Source of the DNA: Alphaproteobacteria bacterium
GTDB taxonomy: Bacteria; Pseudomonadota; Alphaproteobacteria; RF32; CAG-239
Length of the DNA stretch: 44,986 nt
Assembly (NCBI GenBank): GCA_017452885.1
Contig: JAFTLF010000121.1
Span: 1-44,986, forward strand
Direction: 5' to 3'
This document shows, one piece after another, positions 1-8,817 of this stretch. The position numbers and the translations under genes were made by a program. The notes under the pieces are model-generated. The model saw only the letters and a list, made by a program, of their open reading frames with translations, did no database searches and was not told the origin of the DNA. Position 1 is the stretch's first letter. Every line of letters starts with the position of its first letter.

Positions 1-1062
1 GATGCTTCCGGTCCGAAACATCTTAATATTAAATTAAGCCGAGCTAAGTTGGAATCTATTGTTGAAGATTTGATTGAGCGTACTGTAGAGCCCTGCAAAA
101 AAGCAATGTCGGATGCCGGTGTTACTCCGTCAGATATTAGCGAAGTTATTTTAGTCGGTGGTATGACTCGTATGCCAAAGGTTCAAGAAAAGGTAAAAGA
201 AATCTTCGGTAAAGAACCACAGAAAGGTGTTAACCCTGACGAGGGTGTTGCTGTGGGTGCTGCTATTCAAGGTGGCGTTCTTATGGGTGATGTTAAAGAT
301 GTTTTGCTACTTGATGTTACTCCATTATCTTTGGGTATCGAAACGCTTGGTGGTGTTTTCACCAGATTAATTGACCGTAATACTACTATTCCAACTCGTA
401 AAAGTCAGGTTTTCTCTACTGCAGAAGATGGTCAAACGGCCGTAACCATTCGCGTATTCCAAGGTGAACGCGAAATGGCCGCTGATAATAAGTTGTTGGG
501 TCAATTTGATTTGGTTGGTATTCCGCCAGCACCTCGCGGTATGCCTCAAATTGAAGTTACCTTTGATATTGATGCTAACGGTATTGTTAACGTTTCTGCA
601 AAAGATAAAGCCACTAATAAAGAACAAGCTATTCGTATTCAAGCCAGCGGTGGTTTGTCGGATGCTGATATTGAAAAAATGGTTAAAGATGCAGAAGCCA
701 ATGCCGATGCCGATAAAAAGAAAAAAGAATTGGTTGAGGCTAAAAATCAAGGTGAATCTTTAGTTCATTCAACAGAAAAGACCTTGAAAGAACACGGTGA
801 TAAAATCAGTGCAACAGAAAAAGAGGCAATTGAAAACGAAATCAAAGCTCTCAAAACTGCTTTAGAAGCTGAAGATTTGTCGGTTATCAAAGAAAAAACA
901 GAAAGCTTAATGCAGGCTTCAATGAAACTTGGTGAAGCAATGTACAAAGCTCAGGCTCAAGCTGCCGGTGGTGCAGATGCGACAAGCGCAGATCAGCCGT
1001 CTGCCGACGCAACTTCGAATGATGAAAAAGTTGTTGATGCTGATTTTGAAGAAGTAAAATAA
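1..1062 (+). CDS. dnaK: Chaperone DnaK (Hsp70), C-terminal part; 5' end lies outside the window
   Basis: Frame 1 is open from base 1 ([24 protein letters not shown]...). Substrate-binding domain signatures [21 protein letters not shown] and [19 protein letters not shown] are present, with an acidic tail ending DADFEEVK. Track ORF 49..1062 just starts at an internal TTG. Confidence 0.97.
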   Translation, partial: DASGPKHLNIKLSRAKLESIVEDLIERTVEPCKKAMSDAGVTPSDISEVILVGGMTRMPKVQEKVKEIFGKEPQKGVNPDEGVAVGAAIQGGVLMGDVKDVLLLDVTPLSLGIETLGGVFTRLIDRNTTIPTRKSQVFSTAEDGQTAVTIRVFQGEREMAADNKLLGQFDLVGIPPAPRGMPQIEVTFDIDANGIVNVSAKDKATNKEQAIRIQASGGLSDADIEKMVKDAEANADADKKKKELVEAKNQGESLVHSTEKTLKEHGDKISATEKEAIENEIKALKTALEAEDLSVIKEKTESLMQASMKLGEAMYKAQAQAAGGADATSADQPSADATSNDEKVVDADFEEVK

Positions 1063-1076
1063 GTATAAAAAACAGG

Positions 1077-1136
1077 AAAGCCCCTCATTGAACTGTTTGA
1101 ATTTTAGGGTACAGTTCATAAATGAGGGGCTTTTTT
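1077..1136. terminator. Long hairpin between convergent dnaK and the 1151..1597 gene; probable bidirectional intrinsic terminator
   Basis: gcccctcatt (1080-1089) pairs with aatgaggggc (1121-1130), with inner gaactgt/acagttc pairing. TTTTTT follows at 1131-1136 on the + strand. An A-run at 1067-1072 gives a U-tract for the - strand. Confidence 0.7.
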
Positions 1137-1150
1137 GATTGATAAGCAAA

Positions 1151-1597
1151 TTAATTTAGTTTGTTGCGTCTGGCATATTCAAGGCGCATCATATTCAACA
1201 AGTCGTCGTTTTGCGGCTTTTCGGCAATCAGCTGACAAAGCAACTCTCCTAACATCTCGTTATCAACGTCTTCAAACATTTGTTGCGCTATATCATGCGG
1301 ATGTGAGCGTAGCAGGTCTTCAGGAACAACGTGAACAATATTGATAAAATCATCAATATTCATGTCTATAACTTTGTAGCCAAGCATCTTAAGTCGTTCC
1401 TCTATCAGACGCAGTAATAAGTACCAGAAGTTGGTAACTATTGCCGGAGCTTCATTTTGTTGCAATACTGTCAAAATTGTTTTGACCGCATACTTTGTTT
1501 CGACAGCTTCTTGAACATCCATTTTGCTAACATCTTTCTTTGCAAAATAGTTCTTAACTTCCTCAAGAGAAGAAAATCTCAAATTTTTTTCGTTCAT
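1151..1597 (-). CDS. Hypothetical protein (148 aa), no family recognised
   Basis: It is the only long ORF in the interval and has a balanced, acidic, helical-looking composition. The overlapping + ORF 1135..1344 looks like antisense noise. Confidence 0.65.
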   Translation of the reverse strand: MNEKNLRFSSLEEVKNYFAKKDVSKMDVQEAVETKYAVKTILTVLQQNEAPAIVTNFWYLLLRLIEERLKMLGYKVIDMNIDDFINIVHVVPEDLLRSHPHDIAQQMFEDVDNEMLGELLCQLIAEKPQNDDLLNMMRLEYARRNKLN

Positions 1598-1701
1598 TTT
1601 TGTGATAATTTATTGGTTATTTAATATCTATAATTTCAATAAAGCGGGTAATACCTTATAATTTAACAAAAATCAACAAAATTTTATTTTGTTATTCATA
1701 C

Positions 1702-1736
1702 AAAAACGGCAATCCGATTAAGGATTGCCGTTTTTT
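1702..1736. terminator. Intrinsic terminator downstream of rpsA (symmetrical A-run/T-run)
   Basis: aaaaa-cggcaatcc (1707-1715), loop, ggattgccg (1722-1730), tttttt (1731-1736). On the - strand the hairpin is followed by TTTTTG, about 30 nt after the rpsA stop. Confidence 0.7.
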
Positions 1737-1764
1737 ATGAACGTTTTTACTTTACTGCGTAAAA

Positions 1765-3417
1765 TTAAGCGTTCTTTTTCAAAGCTGCACCTAAAGCATC
1801 ACCAAGAGCAGAGTTGCTGGTATCAGAAGCATATTCTTCTAAAGCCTTTTTCTCTTCTTCAATTTCTAATGCTTTAACAGACAGGCCGATTTTAGCGTTT
1901 TTCTTGTCTACAGAAGTAATTTTCGCTTCCAAAACATCACCGGCATTGTAATTTTCCGGATTCTGCTGAGCTTTATCTTTAGATAAGTCAGCTTTTTTGA
2001 TGTAAGCCGCAATACCATTTACTTCAACATTAACACCTTTGTCGTCGTTATCAACAACAGTGGCTTTAACAATATCGCCTTTTTTGAAGCCTTCCAAAGC
2101 AGAGGAAACAGTATCTTCTGTCAATTGTTTAATACCAAGGCTGATGCGTTCTTTTTCAACATCAACATCAATAATTTTAGCTTCAATATCTTGGCCTTTG
2201 GTGTAATCCTTAACAGCTTCTTCTCCTGATTTTTCCCAAGAAATATCAGATAAATGAATCATACCGTCAATTTCATCAGACAAACCGACAAACAAACCAA
2301 ATTCGGTAATATTTTTAATTTTGCCGCTGATAATAGAACCGACCGGATGCTCTTCAACATAAGCAGCCCAAGGATTCGGAGTGCATTGTTTAATTCCGAG
2401 ACTGATGCGGCGCTTGTCAGCATCAACTTCCAAAACTTTAACTTCAACTTCTTGTGAAGTAGAAACGATTTTGCCCGGATGAACATTTTTGCGAGTCCAG
2501 CTCATTTCAGAAACGTGAACAAGACCTTCAATGCCGTCTTCTAATTCAACAAAAGCACCATAATCGGTAATGTTAGTAACTTTACCGGTGTAAATTTCAC
2601 CAACATTATATTTGTCGGCAACAGCTTGCCATGGGTCAGATTCAAGTTGTTTCATGCCCAAAGAAATACGTTGGTTATCTTCATTGAATTTGATAACTTG
2701 AACTTTAACAGTTTGGCCAACAGACAAAACTTCTGCCGGATGATTGATGCGTTTCCAAGAAATATCGGTAACGTGCAACAAACCGTCAACACCACCCAAA
2801 TCAATGAATGCGCCATAATCGGTAATATTTTTAACAACACCTTCAAGAACAGAACCTTCTTTAAGGTCATTAATGAGCTCGGCACGAGCTTCAGCTCTGG
2901 TTTCTTCCAAAACAACGCGGCGAGAAACAACGATATTGCCACGAACCTTATCCATTTTTAAAATCTGGAAGGGTTGTGTAATGCCCATGAGCGGAGTAAT
3001 ATCGCGGATTGGACGAATATCAATTTGAGAACCAGGTAAGAATGCAATCGCACCATTAAGATCGACAGTGAAACCACCTTTAACACGACCAAAGATAATA
3101 CCATTAACTCTTTCACCTGAGTTAAGGCATTTTTCAAGATCTTGCCAAGCTTCTTCACGACGAGCTTTTTCACGAGATAAAACAATATTGCCGTCTTTGT
3201 CTTCATAGCGATCAACATAAACTTCAACCTGATCGCCGATTTTCAATTCTGTTTTTTGACCGAATTCACGCAAAGGAATGCGACCTTCAGATTTGAGGCC
3301 GACATCAACCATTGCAAAATCAGGGGTCAATTTGATAATGGTACCTTTAACAACCGAACCGGTGATTCCATCATCACCAAATTGCTCTTTGAGCAAATCT
3401 TCAAAATTTTCGGTCAT
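1765..3417 (-). CDS. rpsA: 30S ribosomal protein S1 (six S1/OB repeats)
   Basis: S1-domain units repeat (GTIIKLTPDFAMVDVGLKSEGRIP, GVVKNITDYGAFIDLGGVDGLLHVTDISW, GKVTNITDYGAFVELEDGIEGLVHVSEMSW, GKIKNITEFGLFVGL...). The start is set at MTENFEDLLKEQF (ATG 3415-3417). The track ORF extends to 3549 through an implausible hydrophobic leader. An ATG at 3447 is an alternative start. Confidence 0.94.
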   Translation of the reverse strand: MTENFEDLLKEQFGDDGITGSVVKGTIIKLTPDFAMVDVGLKSEGRIPLREFGQKTELKIGDQVEVYVDRYEDKDGNIVLSREKARREEAWQDLEKCLNSGERVNGIIFGRVKGGFTVDLNGAIAFLPGSQIDIRPIRDITPLMGITQPFQILKMDKVRGNIVVSRRVVLEETRAEARAELINDLKEGSVLEGVVKNITDYGAFIDLGGVDGLLHVTDISWKRINHPAEVLSVGQTVKVQVIKFNEDNQRISLGMKQLESDPWQAVADKYNVGEIYTGKVTNITDYGAFVELEDGIEGLVHVSEMSWTRKNVHPGKIVSTSQEVEVKVLEVDADKRRISLGIKQCTPNPWAAYVEEHPVGSIISGKIKNITEFGLFVGLSDEIDGMIHLSDISWEKSGEEAVKDYTKGQDIEAKIIDVDVEKERISLGIKQLTEDTVSSALEGFKKGDIVKATVVDNDDKGVNVEVNGIAAYIKKADLSKDKAQQNPENYNAGDVLEAKITSVDKKNAKIGLSVKALEIEEEKKALEEYASDTSNSALGDALGAALKKNA

Positions 3418-3576
3418 TTCAGGGATTTTAACTTCAGTATTAATCATAAATATAGATATTTCAAAAAATGCCATTCTCCAAAAATAAAAAAGCGGAGCGG
3501 ACTTGTGCGGGGTTGGTTTCTCAAAGCCAAGCGCACCCTTGATCTTCAAGAGTGCTTCATTTATACACGCAAATAT

Positions 3577-4242
3577 TTATTTTTCAAGAGTTTTTTGATA
3601 GTTTTCGATGATTTTGCAAGCTTTGGCAAAAACTTCTTCAATTGATAAGTAGGATGTGTCAAAAATAATTGCATCTTTAGCCGGATGGCTGCTGGGACGC
3701 GCAAAATCATTTTTATCGCGAGCAATTGTCTGTTCTAATACTTCTTGATAATCAGAAGCAATGCCTTTTTGCAAGTATTCTTTATAACGACGCTCAGCGC
3801 GTACCTCAGGTAATGCCGTAACAAAAAATTTAATATCGGCTTGCGGACAAACAACCGTTCCGGTATCTCGTCCGTCATAAATAGCACCCTTGGCGGAAGT
3901 ACCATCGGCAAAGACAGGCCTTTTTGAAAAATTTTGCTGCATTTGTAATAAAGCTTCACGCACCGGAATAATTGCCGCAACGGCAGATGCGGCTTTGCTT
4001 CCTTCCAATGAACGAAATATGGGATTTTGTGAGAGTTCTATCATGCGTGGAAAGGTAAGGTTTTTGGCAAAATCTTCAGCTATGGCGGCATCACTAGGCT
4101 CATATCCGCCCAATATCATTTCAAGTCCAACAGCCCGATAAACCATTCCGGTATCAAAATAAGCAAGGTTATATTTGTTAGCCAACTTTCCTGCCAGAGT
4201 TCCTTTTCCTGCCGCAGCGGGACCGTCAATTGTAATAATCAT
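3577..4242 (-). CDS. cmk: Cytidylate kinase
   Basis: P-loop IITIDGPAAAGKGTLA followed by YFDTGMVYRA and DGRDTGTVVCP. The gene lies immediately upstream of rpsA, the classical cmk-rpsA arrangement. Confidence 0.95.
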   Translation of the reverse strand: MIITIDGPAAAGKGTLAGKLANKYNLAYFDTGMVYRAVGLEMILGGYEPSDAAIAEDFAKNLTFPRMIELSQNPIFRSLEGSKAASAVAAIIPVREALLQMQQNFSKRPVFADGTSAKGAIYDGRDTGTVVCPQADIKFFVTALPEVRAERRYKEYLQKGIASDYQEVLEQTIARDKNDFARPSSHPAKDAIIFDTSYLSIEEVFAKACKIIENYQKTLEK

Positions 4243-4372
4243 CGCAAAACCTGAAAAATTTGATATGTTGTAACTAAAATTTTACTTCTATAAGGCTAAC
4301 ATATTCCATAAACTGAAGATGTGAAACTGCAAATTGGATTTTATGCCAAGAAATTTGGAATATATAAACAAA

Positions 4373-5119
4373 ATGAATCAACGAGCCAAAAACAAAATTC
4401 GCTTGTATGTAGAAGCCGCATTGTGTCCCAACGCTGTTGTAGAGCTTAGTCCTGACGATTCTCATTATTTGTGTAATGTAATGCGATTGACGGAAGGACA
4501 CGTTTTGGGCTGTTTTAATTCTACGGGCGAATATGAGTGTAGTATCGTTGAGGCACACAAGAAACATTGTCGAATTAAAGTGATTGGCAAAGTACGCGAA
4601 GCTCATGCTGTGCCGGATATTTGGTTATTGTTTGCCCCCCTAAAAAAAGATAAAACTGATTTTGTAATAGAAAAAGCCACAGAGCTTGGAGTTCGCACCA
4701 TTGTTCCCATAATTACCCGCAACACAATGTCAGATAAGCCGCGTATAGAGCGCTTTATTGCTCAAGCCAAAGAAGCATCAGAACAATGTGAGCGTACAGA
4801 TATTCCGCATATTGTTAAAGCAGAAACATTAGAAAAGATTTTATCGTCTTGGCCGGAAGAAAGGATTTTGTTTTTTATGGATGAAAGCTTGCAAGGAGCT
4901 GATTGTGTAAGCGTATTTAGTGATTTTTCCAAAAAAGCCGCTGCGATTTTGGTTGGTCCTGAAGGAGGTTTTACATCAGAAGAAAAAAAACTTTTAGACA
5001 GCTTGCCTTTTGTTCGTGGAATAAATTTAGGGCCAAGAATTTTACGAGCCGAAACGGCAGCTTGTGCGGCATTGGCGGTTTGGCAAGCGGTTGTCGGAGA
5101 TTGGATAAGAGGAGAATAA
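4373..5119 (+). CDS. rsmE: 16S rRNA (uracil1498-N3)-methyltransferase RsmE
   Basis: KIRLYVE...HYLCNVMRL N-terminal PUA-like region, then the C-terminal SPOUT knot ILVGPEGGFTSEE...LGPRILRAETAA. The start is uncertain: ATG 4373 is chosen, with ATG 4343 or TTG 4334 as alternatives. Confidence 0.88.
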   Translation: MNQRAKNKIRLYVEAALCPNAVVELSPDDSHYLCNVMRLTEGHVLGCFNSTGEYECSIVEAHKKHCRIKVIGKVREAHAVPDIWLLFAPLKKDKTDFVIEKATELGVRTIVPIITRNTMSDKPRIERFIAQAKEASEQCERTDIPHIVKAETLEKILSSWPEERILFFMDESLQGADCVSVFSDFSKKAAAILVGPEGGFTSEEKKLLDSLPFVRGINLGPRILRAETAACAALAVWQAVVGDWIRGE

Positions 5120-5120
5120 A

Positions 5121-5777
5121 ATGAAAGTATTAATTGCTGATGATCATGAATTGTTTCTTAAAGGATTGGAAATGATACTTCAAGCTTCTTTTCCTGAAAT
5201 GGAATTAAAAACAGCGAAAGATTATCAGGAAATTTTTAATATTATAGCGAACGAACACGATTTTGATCTTGTTTTGACAGATTTAGCAATGCCCGGAGCC
5301 AAATGGCTTGATGCTATTGAAAAAATACATACTGTATTGCCCAACACCCCAATTATCATTCTTTCTGCTGTTTTTGATAAAGAAATTGTGCAGAAGACCA
5401 TTGAGTTGGGAGCCGCCGGCTATGTGCCTAAAACATCATCAAATGCAGTAATTATCAGTGCGGTCAATCTGGTAATGTCAGGTGGTGTTTATATTCCTCC
5501 GGAGCTACTGCATCATTCCTCCAATAGTGAGTTTGCTTTGCTAAAACAGATTGAAGAAAAAAACATTATGTCAGGTGATGCTAAAGTTTTATCACCAAGA
5601 CAGATAGATGTTTTACGCTTGATAGCCAAAGGCCGGTCTAATAAGCAAATTGCTTATGATTTAGGTTTGACCGAAGGAACCGTAAAATTGCATGTAACGG
5701 CAATTCTCAAACTTTTAAACGTATATAATCGTACGGGTGCCGTTGCAGAAGCAAATCGACAGGGAATTTTAAAATGA
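5121..5777 (+). CDS. Response regulator, receiver domain + LuxR/FixJ-type HTH (NarL family)
   Basis: Receiver motifs [23 protein letters not shown] (phospho-Asp), IIILSA and PK. C-terminal [43 protein letters not shown]-type HTH. The start lies 1 nt after the rsmE stop. Confidence 0.92.
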   Translation: [218 protein letters not shown]

Positions 5778-6118
5778 TTGTTAATATAAAACAACTAAAC
5801 ACATATCAAAATATTTTCGGCCCCGAAAAAATGTTGTTTTTATGGCGTGAATATCTTGAGCAATCCTCGGCAGTTTGGGCTACGCTTGATGAAATGGAAT
5901 GGGATATAAAACGTAGTAAATTTCATAATTGGCGTTCAAACAGTCTTGTTTTTGGTATGGAAAATTTCGCCGGAATGTGTACGCGTATTGAGGAAAATAT
6001 CTTAAAAAAACGTTTCGAGCAATTGCCAAAACAAATAAAAGAATGTAAAGCTTGTTATGAAAACAGTGTCTTGCAAGTTAAGCAGATAATACAGCAAGTG
6101 GAGAACGGTCATGAATGA
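5774..6118 (+). CDS. Hpt-like histidine phosphotransfer protein (putative)
   Basis: 114 aa and helical. FHNWRSNSLVFGMENFAGMCTRIEENI lines up with the Hpt signature H-x-x-K-G-S-S-x-x-x-G-x-x-x-L-x-x-x-C-x-x-L-E. The ATGA overlap with the regulator stop suggests translational coupling. Confidence 0.55.
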   Translation: MIVNIKQLNTYQNIFGPEKMLFLWREYLEQSSAVWATLDEMEWDIKRSKFHNWRSNSLVFGMENFAGMCTRIEENILKKRFEQLPKQIKECKACYENSVLQVKQIIQQVENGHE

Positions 6119-6863
6119 AAAAAACGCTTCTAAAATTCCCGCATATAGTAGTTTTGTATACGGAGATCGTTATAATAGCGTTACTGAAAGTGAAGCTTTA
6201 GATTCTCGTTTTTCTGCCCGTCTTCGAACTTTTTTCCAGTATAACAAACTGGTTTCATCAGCACTGCGTAACATAAAAATGAATCAAAATGTTTTGCAAC
6301 TTGGAATGGTCTTTGGAGATGAAATAGATCAGGTTGCACAAACTGTTGGTGCTTACGGACAATTTGATGTTATTGATGTAAACCCTTTTCAGGTTGCACG
6401 CAATAAAGAAAAATATGGCTCGATTTATCCCTGTTTACATATTTTTGAGCAAGATGCCGCCACTTTAAAAATTCAGAAGCAGTATGATGTTGTGCTGTGT
6501 TTTCTGCTTTTGCAAGAATTACCGGTGGTTACCAAAATGAAAGTAATTAATAATGCTCTTAATGCCGTCAAAGACGGAGGATGTGCCATTTTTGTAGATT
6601 ATCATAATCCTCTTTATTGGCACCCGTTGCGATATGTTGTGCGGATGTACAATCGCCTGCGTCATCCCTTTGCAGAAAAATTATGGGATCGTGAAATAGA
6701 TACTTTTGCTAAGAATAAGTTAGATTTTGTTTGGCGCAAAAGTACTTATTTCGGGCGTATGTTCCAAAAAGTAGTTGCTACGCGCAAAAATAATGTCGAA
6801 GAAATTGCTTCTGCCGAATCACAAGATGCAACATTAGAAGATTATTTCTTACCTGATTTCTAA
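6111..6863 (+). CDS. Class I methyltransferase-fold protein with degenerate SAM motif I (RquA-like?)
   Basis: 250 aa. Motif I reads VLQLGMVFGDE instead of D-x-G-x-G-x-G, followed by FDVIDVNP and YDVVLCFLLLQELP (motif II/III-like). It overlaps the Hpt-like gene by 8 nt. Confidence 0.85.
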   Translation: MNEKNASKIPAYSSFVYGDRYNSVTESEALDSRFSARLRTFFQYNKLVSSALRNIKMNQNVLQLGMVFGDEIDQVAQTVGAYGQFDVIDVNPFQVARNKEKYGSIYPCLHIFEQDAATLKIQKQYDVVLCFLLLQELPVVTKMKVINNALNAVKDGGCAIFVDYHNPLYWHPLRYVVRMYNRLRHPFAEKLWDREIDTFAKNKLDFVWRKSTYFGRMFQKVVATRKNNVEEIASAESQDATLEDYFLPDF

Positions 6864-7826
6864 AATCTTTTCTGCAGTCTGTTTAGAACATTCAAGTCTT
6901 TTTGAAGGTTTAAAAGATAATGCGTTGTCGTCTTCAAGGGCAGTTGCGTAGCCTCCATCAAACAGTGATTGCACAAAGCGCAAATGTTTTTTGGTTAACC
7001 AATTATTGCCTCGAAAAACAAAAACCGGCTTTCCGGTACCACAAGCCTCGCTACACATCGATACGGTGTCTCCGGTAACGATAATATTATCTGCACAGGC
7101 CAAAAAACCCATGTAGGGGTTTTCCTTTTTCTCTCCCCATAAAAAAGTATAGGCAGGAATTTCTTTAAGATGTGACATAATTTCATCCTGAGCAGGCATT
7201 CCGGTGCGTCGTGATGTGGTAATTAAAATAGATCCGCCGCACTTTTGTTTGAAATCAAGAATTTCTTGAGCTAATGCTTGTGCATTTTCGAGGCTGAAAG
7301 GCTTTCCTTTAATAGCGCCACCAATAATCACTGTTGTCCACGGTTTAGGCAGATAAGAAAATTCCGGCATCCATTTTTTTTCTGCTTCAAGCAATACTTC
7401 CTTTGATGCCCGATGAGGGCAACCGGTAATATAAAAAAACTTATCAGAAGAGTTTTTTTTGCGATCATGTTCAGATAAAATGACCAACTCTGTTTCTTTC
7501 AAACCGGTTTTTCCCGGATACATTAATTGGATGATTTTAGTCTTGCCGTTTGATTTTTTGCGAACATAACGAGCTATCGGCATTGTGCGTCGACTGGTTG
7601 ATAAAATAAGATCAGGATAATTTTCTTCGTCAAGCAAAGAGCTTTTGGACCGGTTAACTCCAAGCAAACTTCTGCCACGAATAAAATTTGGCAAAGCAGC
7701 CCAGCAAGTATAAACGATATTTTTTTCGACAACATTTACTTTGTCGCCCATGGCCAGAATAATTCCCTTGGCTTGACCAACACTTCCGGTTCTGTCGTCA
7801 AAAAGCGCCCACATAGTTTTTTTCAT
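6849..7826 (-). CDS. ELM1/DUF1022 family protein (mitochondrial-fission-ELM1-like, glycosyltransferase-like fold)
   Basis: N-terminus MWALFDDRTGSVGQAKGIILAMG and C-terminal IIVTGDTVSMCSEACGTGKPVFVF are typical of the family. Its 3' end overlaps the convergent methyltransferase gene by 15 nt. Confidence 0.8.
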   Translation of the reverse strand: MKKTMWALFDDRTGSVGQAKGIILAMGDKVNVVEKNIVYTCWAALPNFIRGRSLLGVNRSKSSLLDEENYPDLILSTSRRTMPIARYVRKKSNGKTKIIQLMYPGKTGLKETELVILSEHDRKKNSSDKFFYITGCPHRASKEVLLEAEKKWMPEFSYLPKPWTTVIIGGAIKGKPFSLENAQALAQEILDFKQKCGGSILITTSRRTGMPAQDEIMSHLKEIPAYTFLWGEKKENPYMGFLACADNIIVTGDTVSMCSEACGTGKPVFVFRGNNWLTKKHLRFVQSLFDGGYATALEDDNALSFKPSKRLECSKQTAEKILEIR

Positions 7827-7921
7827 GTTTAATAACTTTCAAAAAGTCATAGCTAATCGATTCTAATATTTGTAGTATATTCTTTATAAACATTAAAACA
7901 ACCTTTTTATCGGAGGTTTCC

Positions 7922-8224
7922 ATGCGTATTGTTTTGCTATCTCTTGTTTTTTCAATGATGTATCCGTTTTTTGCATCGGCTCAATATGCTGCTCAAAATG
8001 ATGCAAAATATATTGCTACGCTAAAAGCGGTGGTAAACTATAAAATAGAAGATGAAGAAAATCTTAGTGCTGTAGAACATTTGCGTGAAGATCAGCGATT
8101 TAATAGGCAGCTGTTACGCATGCTTGATAAATTACAAAACACCCGCACCAAAAATTCAACCAACAAAAGAATATACGATATTTTGTTGCGAGCCGGAAAA
8201 GAAGTATATAACGAGTTGAAATAA
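7922..8224 (+). CDS. Small secreted hypothetical protein (100 aa)
   Basis: Signal peptide MRIVLLSLVFSMMYPFFASA|Q followed by a charged helical region. No family recognised. Confidence 0.6.
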   Translation: MRIVLLSLVFSMMYPFFASAQYAAQNDAKYIATLKAVVNYKIEDEENLSAVEHLREDQRFNRQLLRMLDKLQNTRTKNSTNKRIYDILLRAGKEVYNELK

Positions 8225-8285
8225 TTAAGCATTGTTTAATAAAAAACTGCTATTCTAAGAACATAAAAGCAGAAAGGTTAATCCA

Positions 8286-8450
8286 ATGACATACGATTTC
8301 AAAGCCGCAACATTACGCATGACCAACCGTCGTTTGGAAATTATTCGCCAAAAAGAAGGTAAAGAGGTTGAGGGGCTTACCCCAATTAATACCACAAAAA
8401 ATATTTCTGTTTCAGCGCGTAAAGTTAAAAGTCAGGAGAAAACCGAATGA
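8286..8450 (+). CDS. Unlisted small ORF (54 aa, basic), possibly coupled to the downstream lipoprotein gene
   Basis: Read by hand: [60 protein letters not shown] lies ~10 nt upstream of the ATG. Its TGA overlaps the next ATG (ATGA at 8447-8450). It is below the ORF-track length cutoff. Confidence 0.35.
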   Translation: MTYDFKAATLRMTNRRLEIIRQKEGKEVEGLTPINTTKNISVSARKVKSQEKTE

Positions 8451-8740
8451 AAAAAATGCTTTGCCTTGTGTTTTTGCTAAATGCTTGCGCTTGGGTTGAA
8501 AATTTATATTGGGAAGAGCCGGATTATAATCGTCTTGCGGCTCATATGAGTGTCGTTGATAAGTCACCGCGTTTTGTAACTTACGAATATCGCGATATTG
8601 GTGTTGATGAAGTTGCGCCGATTGCTGCGTTGTATTGTCAAGAGCGAGGCAATTTGCAAGCTGCATTATATGAAATTACAATGCACCGCAACAATGCTCG
8701 TCGAGCAACATTTGTATGCAAAAAAACTGATGAAATTTAA
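8447..8740 (+). CDS. Small putative lipoprotein (97 aa)
   Basis: [14 protein letters not shown] has a lipobox-like LNAC. The rest is hydrophilic with two further Cys. The opposite-strand ORF 8412..8666 has poorer composition. Confidence 0.6.
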   Translation: MKKMLCLVFLLNACAWVENLYWEEPDYNRLAAHMSVVDKSPRFVTYEYRDIGVDEVAPIAALYCQERGNLQAALYEITMHRNNARRATFVCKKTDEI

Positions 8741-8817
8741 GCTTGCTAAAACTTGCAAAGCCGGACAATTCTTCCTATATAGCAATACAGATAAAGAATT
8801 TTGCAAAAGGGTTTGAT

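Noticed and set aside
2254-3487. Multiple 60-130 aa ORFs on both strands inside rpsA (2254..2457, 2259..2486, 2626..2961, 2652..2942, 2958..3227, 3256..3645, 3278..3487)
   Set aside because: They are fully embedded in a clearly conserved S1 coding frame. Their compositions (Phe/Asn/Ile/Leu-rich) are typical of off-frame or antisense readthrough in AT-rich DNA.
3418-3549. N-terminal extension of the rpsA ORF (MKIKGALGFEKPTPHKSAPLFYFWRMAFFEISIF...)
   Set aside because: It is hydrophobic and non-conserved-looking, whereas S1 proteins start close to the ...ENFEDLL... segment. It is treated as 5' UTR. The exact start (3417 versus 3447) remains uncertain.
4274-4606. 110-aa minus-strand ORF overlapping the rsmE 5' region
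   Set aside because: It lies antisense to a recognisable RsmE frame, has poor Phe/Ile/Cys-rich composition and shows no family resemblance.
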